Assembly (NCBI GenBank): GCA_963674965.2
Contig: CAXXFL010000005.1
Location: 64,001 to 128,000, forward strand
DNA: 64,000 bases
Direction of reading: 5' to 3'
From: a bacterium
Lineage (GTDB): Bacteria > RBG-13-61-14 > DATKZS01
Shown here in pieces: positions 1 to 9,990 of the stretch. The position numbers and the translations under genes were made by a program. The notes under the pieces were generated by a model. It did not search any database, had not been told where the DNA came from, and was given only the letters and a program-made list of their open reading frames with translations. Position 1 is the stretch's first letter. Every line of letters starts with the position of its first letter.

Positions 1-939
1 GGCCACGACCGCCTCGCCGGTCCCGTCAACCTCCGTCGCCACCACGGGAACGCCCGCGGCCATGGCCTCGAGCGCCACGTTGGGCATTCCCTCCCACCGC
101 GAGGGCAAGACGAAAAGGTCGAGTCCGGCTATGAACTTTGCAGCGTCGCCGTATTGCCCCAAAAACGATATTTTATCTTCCAGTCCCAGGTCCTTGGTCA
201 AGACCTCGAGAGCCGACCTTTCCGGCCCGTCCCCCGCTATGGCCAACCGAACGTTCGGCTCCAGACTCAATATCTCGGGCATGGCCTTGATCAGAAGGTC
301 CACTCCCTTTTGTAAATGGAGTCTGCCCAAGCTCCCGATAAGGAGACAATCATCGGGAAGACCCAGTTCCTTTTTAAGCGACGTCCGGTCGGCCTCGAGG
401 AAGGGGCCCACGTCAACCCCGTTCGGGATAACGGTTACCTCGCCTTTAAGTCCCAGCCGGGCCGAGTAATGATCGGCCACTGCTTGGCTCACGGCCGCGT
501 ATCTCGTCACGAGTCTCCTGGTTAGCTTGTCGACGGGATATTGGAAGAGGCGCTCCCGCTCGATCACGCGGAGGCTCGAGACGTTGGCGCGAACGCCGGC
601 GACGCCGGCGGCCAGTCTTCCCAGCAGGTTGGCCTGGAACAGCCAGCAATGGAGGATATCGGGCGGGTCCGTCCTCAATTCCTTCACTAACTTTGTAAAC
701 GCGGGAACAAGATATAAAGGATAAGCGGCCCCGACGGAGGGGGGAAGGCCAAGAGACAAGACCGGGACCCCGGCGGCCTCGATCGCCCGGGCCGTCGCGC
801 CGGGCCGCTTCATGACGATGACCCGGAAAGAGAAGCGGTCCCCATCCAGGCGCGTGACGATCTCGAACAGCGCCTTTTCCGCGCCTCCCACCCCGGAGTC
901 GGTGATCAGGCAGTCGATCCTCGCCTTCTTTACGCCCAA
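1..939 (-). CDS. Glycosyltransferase family 4 (GT-B), 3' end runs off the window
   Basis: Not in the ORF track; translated by hand from TTG at 939, overlapping the GT2 stop: MGVKKARIDCLITDSGVGGAEK...GRLHLQKGVD...LPSRWEGMPNVALEAMAAGVPVVAT. The E-x7-E GT4 motif is present. Confidence 0.9.
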   Translation of the reverse strand, partial: MGVKKARIDCLITDSGVGGAEKALFEIVTRLDGDRFSFRVIVMKRPGATARAIEAAGVPVLSLGLPPSVGAAYPLYLVPAFTKLVKELRTDPPDILHCWLFQANLLGRLAAGVAGVRANVSSLRVIERERLFQYPVDKLTRRLVTRYAAVSQAVADHYSARLGLKGEVTVIPNGVDVGPFLEADRTSLKKELGLPDDCLLIGSLGRLHLQKGVDLLIKAMPEILSLEPNVRLAIAGDGPERSALEVLTKDLGLEDKISFLGQYGDAAKFIAGLDLFVLPSRWEGMPNVALEAMAAGVPVVATEVDGTGEAVVA

Positions 940-1871
940 GGGCTTCCCTCTTTGCGGCGACGGTAAACAAGGGCCGCCTCCGCGGCGGACGGACCGCCCA
1001 GCGAGAGAAAAAGCAGTCCCCACGCGCGTAACGCGGCCGGGTGAAGCCTGAGCGCGGACAATAGCTCCGAGCGGGCGTGGGCCGAGTCCAGCGCCGCCAG
1101 CATGCGCACCGCGCTCTCGAGGTAGCAGTTGGCCCTGGCTTTTTTCAGGACGCCGGCGGGCAGGTCGGGACGGAGCTTCGCCGCCCTCGAAACCACGAGG
1201 AGGCTATCTTCCCTCATGGCCATGCCCCGAGTATGCACCGTGCCGCCCTCTTGCCTGCGGTAATCGACGCTGACCTCGGGGACGTGGACCGCCGGCCACG
1301 AGTCGAGCACTCGGAGCCAAAGGTCCCAGTCCTGCCCGCTTTTAAGCCCGGGAAGAAACCCGCCCACCTTATCGATGCAATCCCGTCTGACGGCGGCCGA
1401 GCTGGTGGTGATATTGTTGGCCAGAAGGCAGGTGATAAAGGGATCGGGTCCCGGGTCGGGCGAGCGCTTGATCTTCAACTCGGTCCCGGCCGCGTCGATC
1501 ACCATGGCGTCGGCGTATACTATTCCCGCCTCGGGCTCGGCCAGGATGGCCTTCTCGAGCCTTTCCAGATGGCCCGGCCTCCAGCGGTCGTCGGCGTCGA
1601 GAAAGGCTATCCAGTCTCCCCTCGAGGCCTCGATCCCGGAGTTGCGGGCCAGGGACACGCCTTTGTTCTCTTGCCTTACAACCAGCGCCTTGTCCGCGTA
1701 TTCGGCCAGGACCTCGGGCGTGTCGTCGGTAGAGCCGTCGTCCACCACAATGACCTCGAAGTCCGGTCCCACCTGGGCCAGGGCGCTCGAGACGGCCTCG
1801 CCCACCCAGGCGCCGCGATTATAGGCGGGTATGACCACGCTGAAAAGAACGCTGTTTGTACGCCGTTGCAT
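930..1871 (-). CDS. Glycosyltransferase family 2
   Basis: SVVIPAYN, VVDDGSTD, FLDADD, QDWDLWLR motifs. Confidence 0.93.
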   Translation of the reverse strand: MQRRTNSVLFSVVIPAYNRGAWVGEAVSSALAQVGPDFEVIVVDDGSTDDTPEVLAEYADKALVVRQENKGVSLARNSGIEASRGDWIAFLDADDRWRPGHLERLEKAILAEPEAGIVYADAMVIDAAGTELKIKRSPDPGPDPFITCLLANNITTSSAAVRRDCIDKVGGFLPGLKSGQDWDLWLRVLDSWPAVHVPEVSVDYRRQEGGTVHTRGMAMREDSLLVVSRAAKLRPDLPAGVLKKARANCYLESAVRMLAALDSAHARSELLSALRLHPAALRAWGLLFLSLGGPSAAEAALVYRRRKEGSPWA

Positions 1872-1886
1872 TTGCCTCAGCCGGTT

Positions 1887-3101
1887 TTATCCCGCTTGTC
1901 CGAGCCCTTTGCCTCGCGCCTTTTTCCCGGACTCGAATTCCTTCACGATCTTTTTAAAGCGAGGCCCGTCGGTCAGTACCTCGAGGGCCGTAAGGGCAAG
2001 GAGTATGGCCCCCTCCCGAACGGCCTTTTTTCCGGCCTTGCCGCCTGCGGCCTTCTCGAATTCCCTGGTGTGTATGGCCACCTCGTGGGGCGCCGAGATG
2101 GGAACGTGGGGATGGATGCAGGGCAGGGCCTGGCTGAGGTTTCCCACGTCCGAGCTTCCGATGTTCTTGTCCTCGGGCCCGTAAAAAGGCTCGAGGCCGA
2201 GGGCCCTCACGTTTTCCTCGTATATGGCCGCCAGTTCCCGGTTGACCAGGAACGGGGCCACCAGCGGCTCGGGACGGCGGATGGACAGCCGGCATCCCGT
2301 TGCCTTGGCCGCTCCCCTGGCGCAGGCGTCCACTTTCATGGCCGCGTCGGCCAAAACGTCCAGGTCCAGGGCCCGGACCATGCAGCTTATTTCCGACCTC
2401 TCCGGGATAATGTTGGCCGCCTTGCCTCCGTCCCTGATAATGGCGTGCACCCTTACCTCGTCCCGAAGCTGCTGCCGGAGGGCGCTCATGCCCGTGTAAA
2501 AGAGGACCGCCGCGTCGAGGGCGTTCACTCCCCCCTCCGGGAAAGCCGCGGCGTGTGAGGCCTTGCCTTTAAAAACGTATTCCACCTGCATGACGCCGAG
2601 GAACAGCCGGACCACCTGCCGCTTGCTCGAGGGATGGACCATCATGGCCGCGTCAATGTCCTCGAACACGCCGGCCTCGAGCATGGATATCTTGCCCACG
2701 CCCGCCTCCTCCGCGGGGGTCCCGACGACCGACGCCGGCAGCTTGGGGAAAAGACCCGCCAGGGCCGCGCCCGCGCCGGCGGCGGCCGCGGCTATCACGC
2801 TGTGGCCGCAGGCGTGGCCGATGGCCGGCAGGGCGTCGTATTCCGCCAGGATGGCCGCCCGAGGCCTTTTGGCCGGCGGCCCGGAGTCGGCTCGGAAGGA
2901 GGTTGGGAGTCCCGCCAGTCCCCTCTCGACCATGAAACCCTTGAGGTCCAGGAAGGAACACAAGGCGTCCGCGGCTTTTATTTCCTGGAGGGAAAGCTCG
3001 GGTTGAAAGTGGATGGTCTGGTGAAGGGTCTCGAGTTCGGGCATGATCCCGTCCACGAAATCGACGATTTTTTTTCTTGTCTGGTCGTTGTTTTTACTCA
3101 T
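1887..3101 (-). CDS. M20 family amidohydrolase (ACY1L2/AbgB-like)
   Basis: PELSLQE, AEYDAL, HACGH, GTPAEE, GKASHAA, GSSDVGN motifs; start ATG 3101 or GTG 3107. Confidence 0.9.
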   Translation of the reverse strand: MSKNNDQTRKKIVDFVDGIMPELETLHQTIHFQPELSLQEIKAADALCSFLDLKGFMVERGLAGLPTSFRADSGPPAKRPRAAILAEYDALPAIGHACGHSVIAAAAAGAGAALAGLFPKLPASVVGTPAEEAGVGKISMLEAGVFEDIDAAMMVHPSSKRQVVRLFLGVMQVEYVFKGKASHAAAFPEGGVNALDAAVLFYTGMSALRQQLRDEVRVHAIIRDGGKAANIIPERSEISCMVRALDLDVLADAAMKVDACARGAAKATGCRLSIRRPEPLVAPFLVNRELAAIYEENVRALGLEPFYGPEDKNIGSSDVGNLSQALPCIHPHVPISAPHEVAIHTREFEKAAGGKAGKKAVREGAILLALTALEVLTDGPRFKKIVKEFESGKKARGKGLGQAG

Positions 3102-3213
3102 GGGCACAGGTTATCACAGGCGGGGCCGCCAAGCCAAGGACGAGACCGCCGCCGAGGAACCCCTTAATTATCAGGCATGAATATAAAGATCCCCTTCAAA
3201 AGGCTATAGCCGA

Positions 3214-3242
3214 TTGTCCGGCTGGAGGATATGAGTTAAAAT
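3214..3242 (+). promoter_or_regulatory. Sigma70-type promoter for xseB-ispA-dxs-tlyA
   Basis: TTGTCC-17 nt-TAAAAT ending 28 nt before the xseB ATG. Confidence 0.55.
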
Positions 3243-3270
3243 AATAGTTTAGTCTAGTGGGGGACCATGG

Positions 3271-3558
3271 ATGAGCGGGAACAAAAAGCGTAAAAAGGAC
3301 GTCTTTAACTTTGAGAAGTCCCTGGCCCTTCTCGAGGAGAAGGTCAGGTCCCTCGAGTCGGGGGAGCTGACCCTGGAGGACAGCCTGAAGGCCTTCGAGG
3401 ACGGCGTGGGTCTGGTCAAGTCCTGCCGCGATTATCTCGAGGAAGCCAGGATCAAGGTCGAGGTGCTTCTGGGGGAAGAGGACGGGTCCCCCATCATCGA
3501 GCCTTACGAGGAGGACGTCGAGGATGAAGATGACGAGGAAGAGGAGGATGAGGATTGA
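3271..3558 (+). CDS. xseB: Exodeoxyribonuclease VII small subunit with acidic C-terminal tail
   Basis: FEKSLALLEEKVRSLESGELTLEDSLKAFEDG; canonical position upstream of ispA-dxs. Confidence 0.95.
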   Translation: MSGNKKRKKDVFNFEKSLALLEEKVRSLESGELTLEDSLKAFEDGVGLVKSCRDYLEEARIKVEVLLGEEDGSPIIEPYEEDVEDEDDEEEEDED

Positions 3559-4454
3559 GCGGAACGCGCGAAGAATTCAACCTTAGCGTCTACCTCGAGA
3601 AATGGCGCGGCAAGGTGGACTACGTCCTCGACAAGGTCCTTCCCCCCGCGGGTAAACGGCCGGCCGCCCTGCACGAGGCCATGCGCTACAGCGTTTTCGC
3701 CGGCGGGAAACGAATAAGACCCATCCTGAGCGTGGCCGCCATCGAGGCCTTGAACGGAAACGGAGAAAACGTTCTCCGCGTGGGCGCGGCCATCGAGATG
3801 GTTCACGCTTACAGCCTTATTCACGACGACCTGCCGGCCATGGACAACGACGACTTGAGGAGGGGCAAGCCCACCTGCCATAAAAAGTTCGGCGAGGCCG
3901 CGGCCATACTGGCGGGAGACGCCCTTTTAACCGACGCCTTCGGGATCATCGTCACCGACCAAAACCTGGACCCCTGGATTAAGAACGTTTTTATTGCGGA
4001 GTTGGTCCTGGCGGCCGGGAGCTCCGGCATGGTGGGCGGCCAGGTGGTTGACATGGAAATGGAAAAACAGAAGTACGATAAGATCGACCTCGATTTCATA
4101 CATGAGAACAAGACGGCGAAAATGATCGCGCTCTCGGTGGTGGCGGGGGCCATGATCGGGAACGCCGACGAGAAGGAACTGGACGCCATGCGCGGGTACG
4201 GCAAGTCCCTGGGTCTTTGCTTCCAGATAGTGGACGACGTTCTCAACGTGGCCGGCGGCAAGGAGACCGGAAAGGGCGTGGGCACTGACGCCGAAAGGGG
4301 CAAGGCGACCTATCCCGCCCTGATAGGTCTGGACAAGTCCAGGGAAAGGGCAAGGGCGCTTCGCGACGAGGCGCTCGAGTGCCTTTGTGTTTTCGACGAC
4401 CGGGCCGAAGCTCTTCGGGAGATCGCGAGGTACGTGGTGGCGAGAGATCGCTGA
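3555..4454 (+). CDS. ispA: Farnesyl/geranylgeranyl diphosphate synthase
   Basis: GGKRIRP, SLIHDDLPAMDNDDLRRGKPT, FQIVDDVL. Confidence 0.95.
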   Translation: MSGTREEFNLSVYLEKWRGKVDYVLDKVLPPAGKRPAALHEAMRYSVFAGGKRIRPILSVAAIEALNGNGENVLRVGAAIEMVHAYSLIHDDLPAMDNDDLRRGKPTCHKKFGEAAAILAGDALLTDAFGIIVTDQNLDPWIKNVFIAELVLAAGSSGMVGGQVVDMEMEKQKYDKIDLDFIHENKTAKMIALSVVAGAMIGNADEKELDAMRGYGKSLGLCFQIVDDVLNVAGGKETGKGVGTDAERGKATYPALIGLDKSRERARALRDEALECLCVFDDRAEALREIARYVVARDR

Positions 4455-4518
4455 TCTCTTGACGCCGACCGCGATCGAGATTGGCGGCGGCCGGGGGCGT
4501 CCCTCTGGGGGAGGGAAC

Positions 4519-6444
4519 ATGAACAAACCGAAAAGCGGCAAGCTTTTGCCTCGGGTTGACGACCCGTCGGACCTTCGCGGCCTTGACAGGGAGGACCTGA
4601 CCAGGCTGGCCGACGAGATACGCGAGGAAATCCTCTCCGCCATATGCACCACGGGCGGCCATCTGGCCTCGAGCCTGGGGGTGGTCGAGTTGGCGATAGC
4701 CATCCATTACTCCTTTAACACGCCCTACGACAAGGTCATATGGGACGTGGGCCACCAGACCTATCCCCACAAGATACTGACGGGAAGACGGGAGAGGTTT
4801 TCCTCCATACGCTGCCACCAGGGCCTGTCGGGGTTTCCCAAGCGGAACGAGAGTCCTTATGACGCCTTTGGAACGGGACACGCCTCGACCTCCATTTCCG
4901 CGGCCATGGGCATGGCCGAGGCCATCAGGCTGTCGGGCAAGTTCAACAACGTGATAGCCGTCATCGGCGATGGAGGCCTCACGGGCGGCATAGCCCTCGA
5001 GGCCCTCAACCAGACCCGGGCGGACGATTACAACCTCAAGGTCATCCTCAACGACAACGAGATGTCCATCGCCCCCAGCGTGGGACAGCTCTCGACCTGG
5101 CTGTCCCGCTCGGTGGTTTCCAAGCCCGCCCTCAAGGCCGTCCGCGTGGCCAGGCGGGTGGCCGAGCCGCTGCCCGAGTGGCTCTTCGAGGAACTCAGCT
5201 ACCTGGGCAAAAGGTGGCGGCAGAGCTTTTTGACCTTCTGGACGCCGGGTACCCTGTTCGAGGCCCTCGGCTACCACTATATTGGACCGGTGGACGGGCA
5301 CCGGCTGGACCAGCTTTTACCCGCCCTCGATCACGCCAAGGAAATAGACGCCCCCGTGCTCGTGCACGTTATGACCACCAAGGGCAAGGGCTGCGCCTTC
5401 GCGGAGGAACACCCGTCCACTTTCCACGGCATCGGGCCCTTTGATCCCGAGACGGGCGAGACGCCCGCCAAGGAGGGACCGCCCTCCTACACGGGAGTCT
5501 TCGCCAAAACCATGCTCGAGCTTTTCGAAAGTAACGAAAAGCTGGTGGCCATAACCGCGGCAATGCCGCAAGGGACGGGCCTTGACAAGGTGGGAAAGAA
5601 ATATCCCGACCGCGTCTTCGACATGGGCATCACCGAGCCTCACTGCGTGACCTTCGCCGCCGGCATGGCCTGCGAGGGATACAGGCCGGTGGTGGCCATC
5701 TACTCGACTTTCCTGCAAAGGGCCTACGACCAGATCATTCACGACGTGGCGCTGCAGAAACTGCCCGTCATTTTCTGCCTCGACCGGGCGGGGCTGGTGG
5801 GGGAGGACGGGCCCACCCACCACGGGGCCTTCGATATTTCCTACCTGAGGGCCGTGCCCAACGTGCAAATCCTGAGTCCTTCCGACGAGAACGAGCTCCG
5901 GGCCATGCTTCACGCCGCGGCCTCGCGCGACGGCGGCCCCATCGCCATCCGCTACCCTCGCGGCCGTGCCCTGGGCGCGCCCATGCCGGAGGAGCCGCCC
6001 CCTATTCCCTGGGGCAAGGGCGAGTTGAAAAGGGAAGGCAAGGACCTGGTCATCATCGCCGCGGGCAACATGGTGGCTCCCTCGCTGGAGGCCGCCGCTC
6101 TCCTGGACTCGGAGGGCATTTCCGCGGCCGTAATCAACGCCCGATTCGTCAAGCCCCTCGACCGCGAACTTATCCTGGAGTGGGCCGAGAGAACGGGCCG
6201 GGTGGTCACGGTGGAAGAAAACGCCCTGGCCGGCGGTTTCGGATCGGCCGTTATCGAGACCGTCCTCGACGCGGGGCAGTCCGCGGCTTTCCGCCGGATA
6301 GGCCTCGAGGACGGGTTCGTCGAGCAGGGCCCTCCGGCCGCCTTACGACGCGAGTTAGGTCTGGACGGCGAGGGCATAGCCTCGAGCTGCCGCGATTTTA
6401 TTCAGGGAAAACGGGCCCGCAGGAAGGTCCTTACTCCCGTGTAA
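4519..6444 (+). CDS. dxs: 1-deoxy-D-xylulose-5-phosphate synthase
   Basis: GGHLASSLG, WDVGHQTY, GHASTSIS, IGDGGLTGG...LNDN, DRAGLVGEDGPTH; start ATG 4519 after a GGAGGG RBS. Confidence 0.97.
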   Translation: MNKPKSGKLLPRVDDPSDLRGLDREDLTRLADEIREEILSAICTTGGHLASSLGVVELAIAIHYSFNTPYDKVIWDVGHQTYPHKILTGRRERFSSIRCHQGLSGFPKRNESPYDAFGTGHASTSISAAMGMAEAIRLSGKFNNVIAVIGDGGLTGGIALEALNQTRADDYNLKVILNDNEMSIAPSVGQLSTWLSRSVVSKPALKAVRVARRVAEPLPEWLFEELSYLGKRWRQSFLTFWTPGTLFEALGYHYIGPVDGHRLDQLLPALDHAKEIDAPVLVHVMTTKGKGCAFAEEHPSTFHGIGPFDPETGETPAKEGPPSYTGVFAKTMLELFESNEKLVAITAAMPQGTGLDKVGKKYPDRVFDMGITEPHCVTFAAGMACEGYRPVVAIYSTFLQRAYDQIIHDVALQKLPVIFCLDRAGLVGEDGPTHHGAFDISYLRAVPNVQILSPSDENELRAMLHAAASRDGGPIAIRYPRGRALGAPMPEEPPPIPWGKGELKREGKDLVIIAAGNMVAPSLEAAALLDSEGISAAVINARFVKPLDRELILEWAERTGRVVTVEENALAGGFGSAVIETVLDAGQSAAFRRIGLEDGFVEQGPPAALRRELGLDGEGIASSCRDFIQGKRARRKVLTPV

Positions 6445-6451
6445 CCCCGCC

Positions 6452-7192
6452 ATGTCTTCCCCCAAGTCCCTCCGTCTGGACCAACTGCTGGTGGAAAGAG
6501 GGCTGGCCCAAAGCCGCTCGCTCGCCAGGTCTCTTATCATGTCCGGCGCGGTGCTGGTCAACGGCGAGGTAAAGGACAAGGCCGGGACCCCGGTCCGGCA
6601 TGACGCGGCGGTCGAGCTCAAGGAAAAACCGAGGTACGTAAGCCGCGGAGGGTTGAAGCTCGAGGCGGGCCTTGATGGCTTTGGCGTCGATCCGTCAGGA
6701 TTGACCTGCCTGGACGCCGGGGCTTCCACCGGCGGCTTCACCGACTGTCTTCTGCAAAGGGGGGCCGCAAAAGTATACGCCGCGGACGTGGGAAAGGGCC
6801 AACTCGACTGGCGGCTTCGAAACGACGGGCGAGTGATCGTATTGGAGGGAGTCAACGCCAGGAACCTGGATCGCGAGATCATCCCCGAGGAAGTATCTTT
6901 GGCGGTCGCCGACGTTTCCTTTATTTCCCTCACCCTGGTGTTGCCGGCCATAACTTCCCTTCTCGGTGAGACGGGAAATATCATCGCCCTGGTCAAGCCC
7001 CAGTTCGAGGCCGGCAGGGAAAAGGTGGGCAAGGGCGGCGTGGTGCGCGACCCGGAGATTATCCGGCAATGCGTGGACGACGTTTCGAGTTTCGCCGCGA
7101 CGATCGGGCTTGCCGAGGCCGGGCGCCTGCCCTCCCCCATCAAGGGCCCGAAGGGAAACCAGGAATGGCTGATTCACCTGATACTTGACTGA
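6452..7192 (+). CDS. tlyA: TlyA family rRNA 2'-O-methyltransferase
   Basis: S4 domain RLDQLL, YVSRGGLKL, DAGASTGGFTD, DVSFIS, KPQFE, GNQE. Confidence 0.95.
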   Translation: MSSPKSLRLDQLLVERGLAQSRSLARSLIMSGAVLVNGEVKDKAGTPVRHDAAVELKEKPRYVSRGGLKLEAGLDGFGVDPSGLTCLDAGASTGGFTDCLLQRGAAKVYAADVGKGQLDWRLRNDGRVIVLEGVNARNLDREIIPEEVSLAVADVSFISLTLVLPAITSLLGETGNIIALVKPQFEAGREKVGKGGVVRDPEIIRQCVDDVSSFAATIGLAEAGRLPSPIKGPKGNQEWLIHLILD

Positions 7193-7303
7193 CCGATAAT
7201 ATCTAAATCCGAGAGTCGGTGGCCGCCGAACGTTTGGCTTTTTAATAGCCTTGGCGAATAAGCATAATCCGCGCCAAGAGGAACATGGAAAAACGAGCCT
7301 TAT

Positions 7304-8332
7304 TCAATTCCCGTTATTATTGGCTTCTAGAATGGCGTCGGCCACCTCGTTGGTATAGGCAACGGCCCCGTCGGCGGTGACGTGATCGAGGTTTTGCAGT
7401 TGTTCCAACGGGAAAGGGAAGGTTTTTTCCAGAATGATTACCCTCTCATTTCCCGCGACGGCCGATTTCAACTCCGCTTCTATTCTTTTCATGTTGCCCT
7501 GAAAATTCGCGTCATCGTTCAATTTTTCATAGACCGGTCCATTGGCGATATACACCTTGAACTTATGTTCATCGGATATTTGGGAGATGATTTTAAGACT
7601 TTGGAGATTTATCGAGGAGAGGCTCAATTCCTTTTCAATTTTTAATAAATGGCCGGCATAGTCCCTCTCGACGTTTTCAGGCATCGCATCCAGTTCCAAC
7701 ATGAATCCATCCTCGCTTAAAATCCATGGCTTAATTCCCGGGAATCCGGGATATCCCAGGAAGCCTTGAAAGACCTCCGCCATAGCCGACCTTTCATACA
7801 GCAGCGGCGCTCTCTTTCCGAGGAAAAACAACGTTTTTTGTTTGGCCGTAAACTTTTCGAGAATACCTTTCCGGTTTATTTCACGCCAGTCCAATGGAAT
7901 CTCGGCAAGGGCAAGAGCGTTGGCTTCCCTCGGCCAGACGTCATAGGCGTGGACCAGCAAAATATTTCCCGGAGGTCCGTAAAGCTCGACGTATCTTTCC
8001 AACATCAACGCGTCGTTAAAAGCGGTAAGAGTTCCAACGGTGCACAGGTTGATCGCCTTTCCTCCCATTCTTCCAGAGAATATCCTGGGCTCGAGACCCT
8101 GGTTGCCGTTCGAGTCGCCAAGCACCAGCCAATCGACCTCGCCCGCGCTCTTCAGTAGCTCCCATTTATATCGGATCAGATAATTCCCTCGGTTGGGAGT
8201 GTTATTATCGAGATACCAAACGGCGAATAAGTTAAATAAGAAAGTGATAATCATAACTCCGGAAACGTTCGCGAACACGGTCCGCAAGGGGACCTCCGGA
8301 CAGATTTCCTCAGGAAGATAGGTTTTCGGCAT
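7304..8332 (-). CDS. Membrane-anchored SGNH-like protein, probable partner of the MBOAT
   Basis: N-terminal TM helix, VLGDS, and DHVTADGA near the C-terminus; directly downstream of the MBOAT gene. Confidence 0.65.
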   Translation of the reverse strand: MPKTYLPEEICPEVPLRTVFANVSGVMIITFLFNLFAVWYLDNNTPNRGNYLIRYKWELLKSAGEVDWLVLGDSNGNQGLEPRIFSGRMGGKAINLCTVGTLTAFNDALMLERYVELYGPPGNILLVHAYDVWPREANALALAEIPLDWREINRKGILEKFTAKQKTLFFLGKRAPLLYERSAMAEVFQGFLGYPGFPGIKPWILSEDGFMLELDAMPENVERDYAGHLLKIEKELSLSSINLQSLKIISQISDEHKFKVYIANGPVYEKLNDDANFQGNMKRIEAELKSAVAGNERVIILEKTFPFPLEQLQNLDHVTADGAVAYTNEVADAILEANNNGN

Positions 8333-8401
8333 GACGGGTCTCCCGTATATTCCATGCGTGACATGTAAACGGAAAATTTACTCTCTTCATCATCCACGTC
8401 C

Positions 8402-9838
8402 TTAAAACTGGAAATAAATAAACTCCGGGGACTCGCGCACCCCGAAAACCGCGATCCCCACGAATAACAGCCCATAGACTGGTATCCTGATTATTGGACT
8501 CGAGTTGCATATGACGTTTAAATCCTGAGAAACGTACTGGGCCACCTGGACGGCCAGCAAGGGAACAGCGTAAAAGGCTATCTCCCAAGCCAGGGCCGCC
8601 GTGCCGTCGGAGGCGAGAAGGGAGGCGTTGGAAAACATGTACATGATCTGATGGGCCGAACCCGATCTGAATATGACCCAGCCCACAAGAGCGAAGAAAA
8701 ACATGGCCGCCATTTTCAAGCACGTTACCAGGCGGGAATATTCCCCGCTCCAGGGGGCGGCAATGGCCGGACGCCTCTCGAAACGCCTGTAAAGCGCCAG
8801 CAGAATTCCATGATAGGCTCCCCATAAGACGAAATTCCAGGCCGCCCCGTGCCAGAGTCCTCCCAGCAGCATTGTTATCATCAGGTTCCTGTAGGTGTTT
8901 AGGGACCCTTTTCGGTTTCCCCCCAGCGGGATATAAAGGTAATCCCGAAGCCAGGTGGAAAGGGAAATATGCCACCTTCGCCAGAAGTCCGTCGGATTGA
9001 TAGCGAAAAAGGGCAGCTTGAAGTTGATCATAAGCTCGAAACCCATGAGCTTGCTCAGTCCCCGCGCCACGTCGGAATAGCCGGAAAAGTCGCAGTAAAT
9101 CTGGAACGTGAAGGCCAGACCGCCAAGGACCAGGTCAAGACCCGAATACTCGCCATAGTTGTTGAATATCTGGTCGGACAATAAGCCAAGATTGTCGGCG
9201 ATAACCATTTTCTTGAAATAGCCCCATAGCAGGAGATAAAGCCCGGCGTTTATTCCTCCCATGGTTATGGATCGAGGTCTTTGCATTTGAGGCAGAAGGT
9301 TTTTGGCTCTTTCGATGGGACCGGCCACGAGCTGAGGAAAAAAGGCCACGAAAAGGGCAAAGTCGATCAAATCTTCACAAGGTTCGAGCCTTTTTTTATA
9401 GACGTCCACCACGTAACCGATCGATTGAAAAGTAAAAAAGCTTATGCCCACCGGGAGAAGCAGGTTTAGAGTCACCGGATTCATTTTCAGACCCAGCAAA
9501 TTAAACAGGTCCGCCGCGCCGTCCATAAAAAAGTTGAAGTATTTAAAGACGCATAAAACCCCCAGGCTGAAAACGACGTTGGCGGCAAGGAGGAGTTTCC
9601 TTTTCCTTTTTCCTTCCTGGCTACGGTCGGTAACGCGGCCAATGTGGAGCGCGCAGTAGAAAGACACCAGGGTAACAAGCCAGATAAGTCCGAGGTATTT
9701 ATAGTCCCAATAACCGTAGAAAACGTAGCTGGCCACGAGAAGAATAATGTTTTGCGGTTTTTTGTGCCTGTATAAAAAAAGATATATCGCGTAGACGACA
9801 ATGAAAAAAACTATAAAGGTCAAAGAGTTGAATAGCAT
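8402..9838 (-). CDS. MBOAT O-acyltransferase (AlgI/PatA/DltB-like)
   Basis: MLFNS, LPVGISFFTFQ, FFPQLVAGPI, DFSGYSD, FWRRWHISLSTW, GLWHGA, C-terminal EFIYFQF. Confidence 0.95.
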   Translation of the reverse strand: MLFNSLTFIVFFIVVYAIYLFLYRHKKPQNIILLVASYVFYGYWDYKYLGLIWLVTLVSFYCALHIGRVTDRSQEGKRKRKLLLAANVVFSLGVLCVFKYFNFFMDGAADLFNLLGLKMNPVTLNLLLPVGISFFTFQSIGYVVDVYKKRLEPCEDLIDFALFVAFFPQLVAGPIERAKNLLPQMQRPRSITMGGINAGLYLLLWGYFKKMVIADNLGLLSDQIFNNYGEYSGLDLVLGGLAFTFQIYCDFSGYSDVARGLSKLMGFELMINFKLPFFAINPTDFWRRWHISLSTWLRDYLYIPLGGNRKGSLNTYRNLMITMLLGGLWHGAAWNFVLWGAYHGILLALYRRFERRPAIAAPWSGEYSRLVTCLKMAAMFFFALVGWVIFRSGSAHQIMYMFSNASLLASDGTAALAWEIAFYAVPLLAVQVAQYVSQDLNVICNSSPIIRIPVYGLLFVGIAVFGVRESPEFIYFQF

Positions 9839-9990
9839 CTAGGGTTTTCCGTGGATTTGGGATTTGAAGATTCTATCACCTGGCCGGTTTTTCGGCAAAC
9901 CTCAGAAACCTCTGGAACGTGTTTTTCTTTATTCGCGCGGGAAGATAATCATCGTTCACGCTTGCAATCCTTTCCAGTTGGGAGGAAAAT

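Noticed and set aside
4387-4518. N-terminal extensions in the ORF track (dxs; also adhesin 12794, rSAM 22295, MBL 48517, trpE 48207, SDR 50111, DegT 61859)
   Set aside because: They overlap neighbouring genes or promoters. Downstream starts match family N-termini and most have an RBS or translational coupling.
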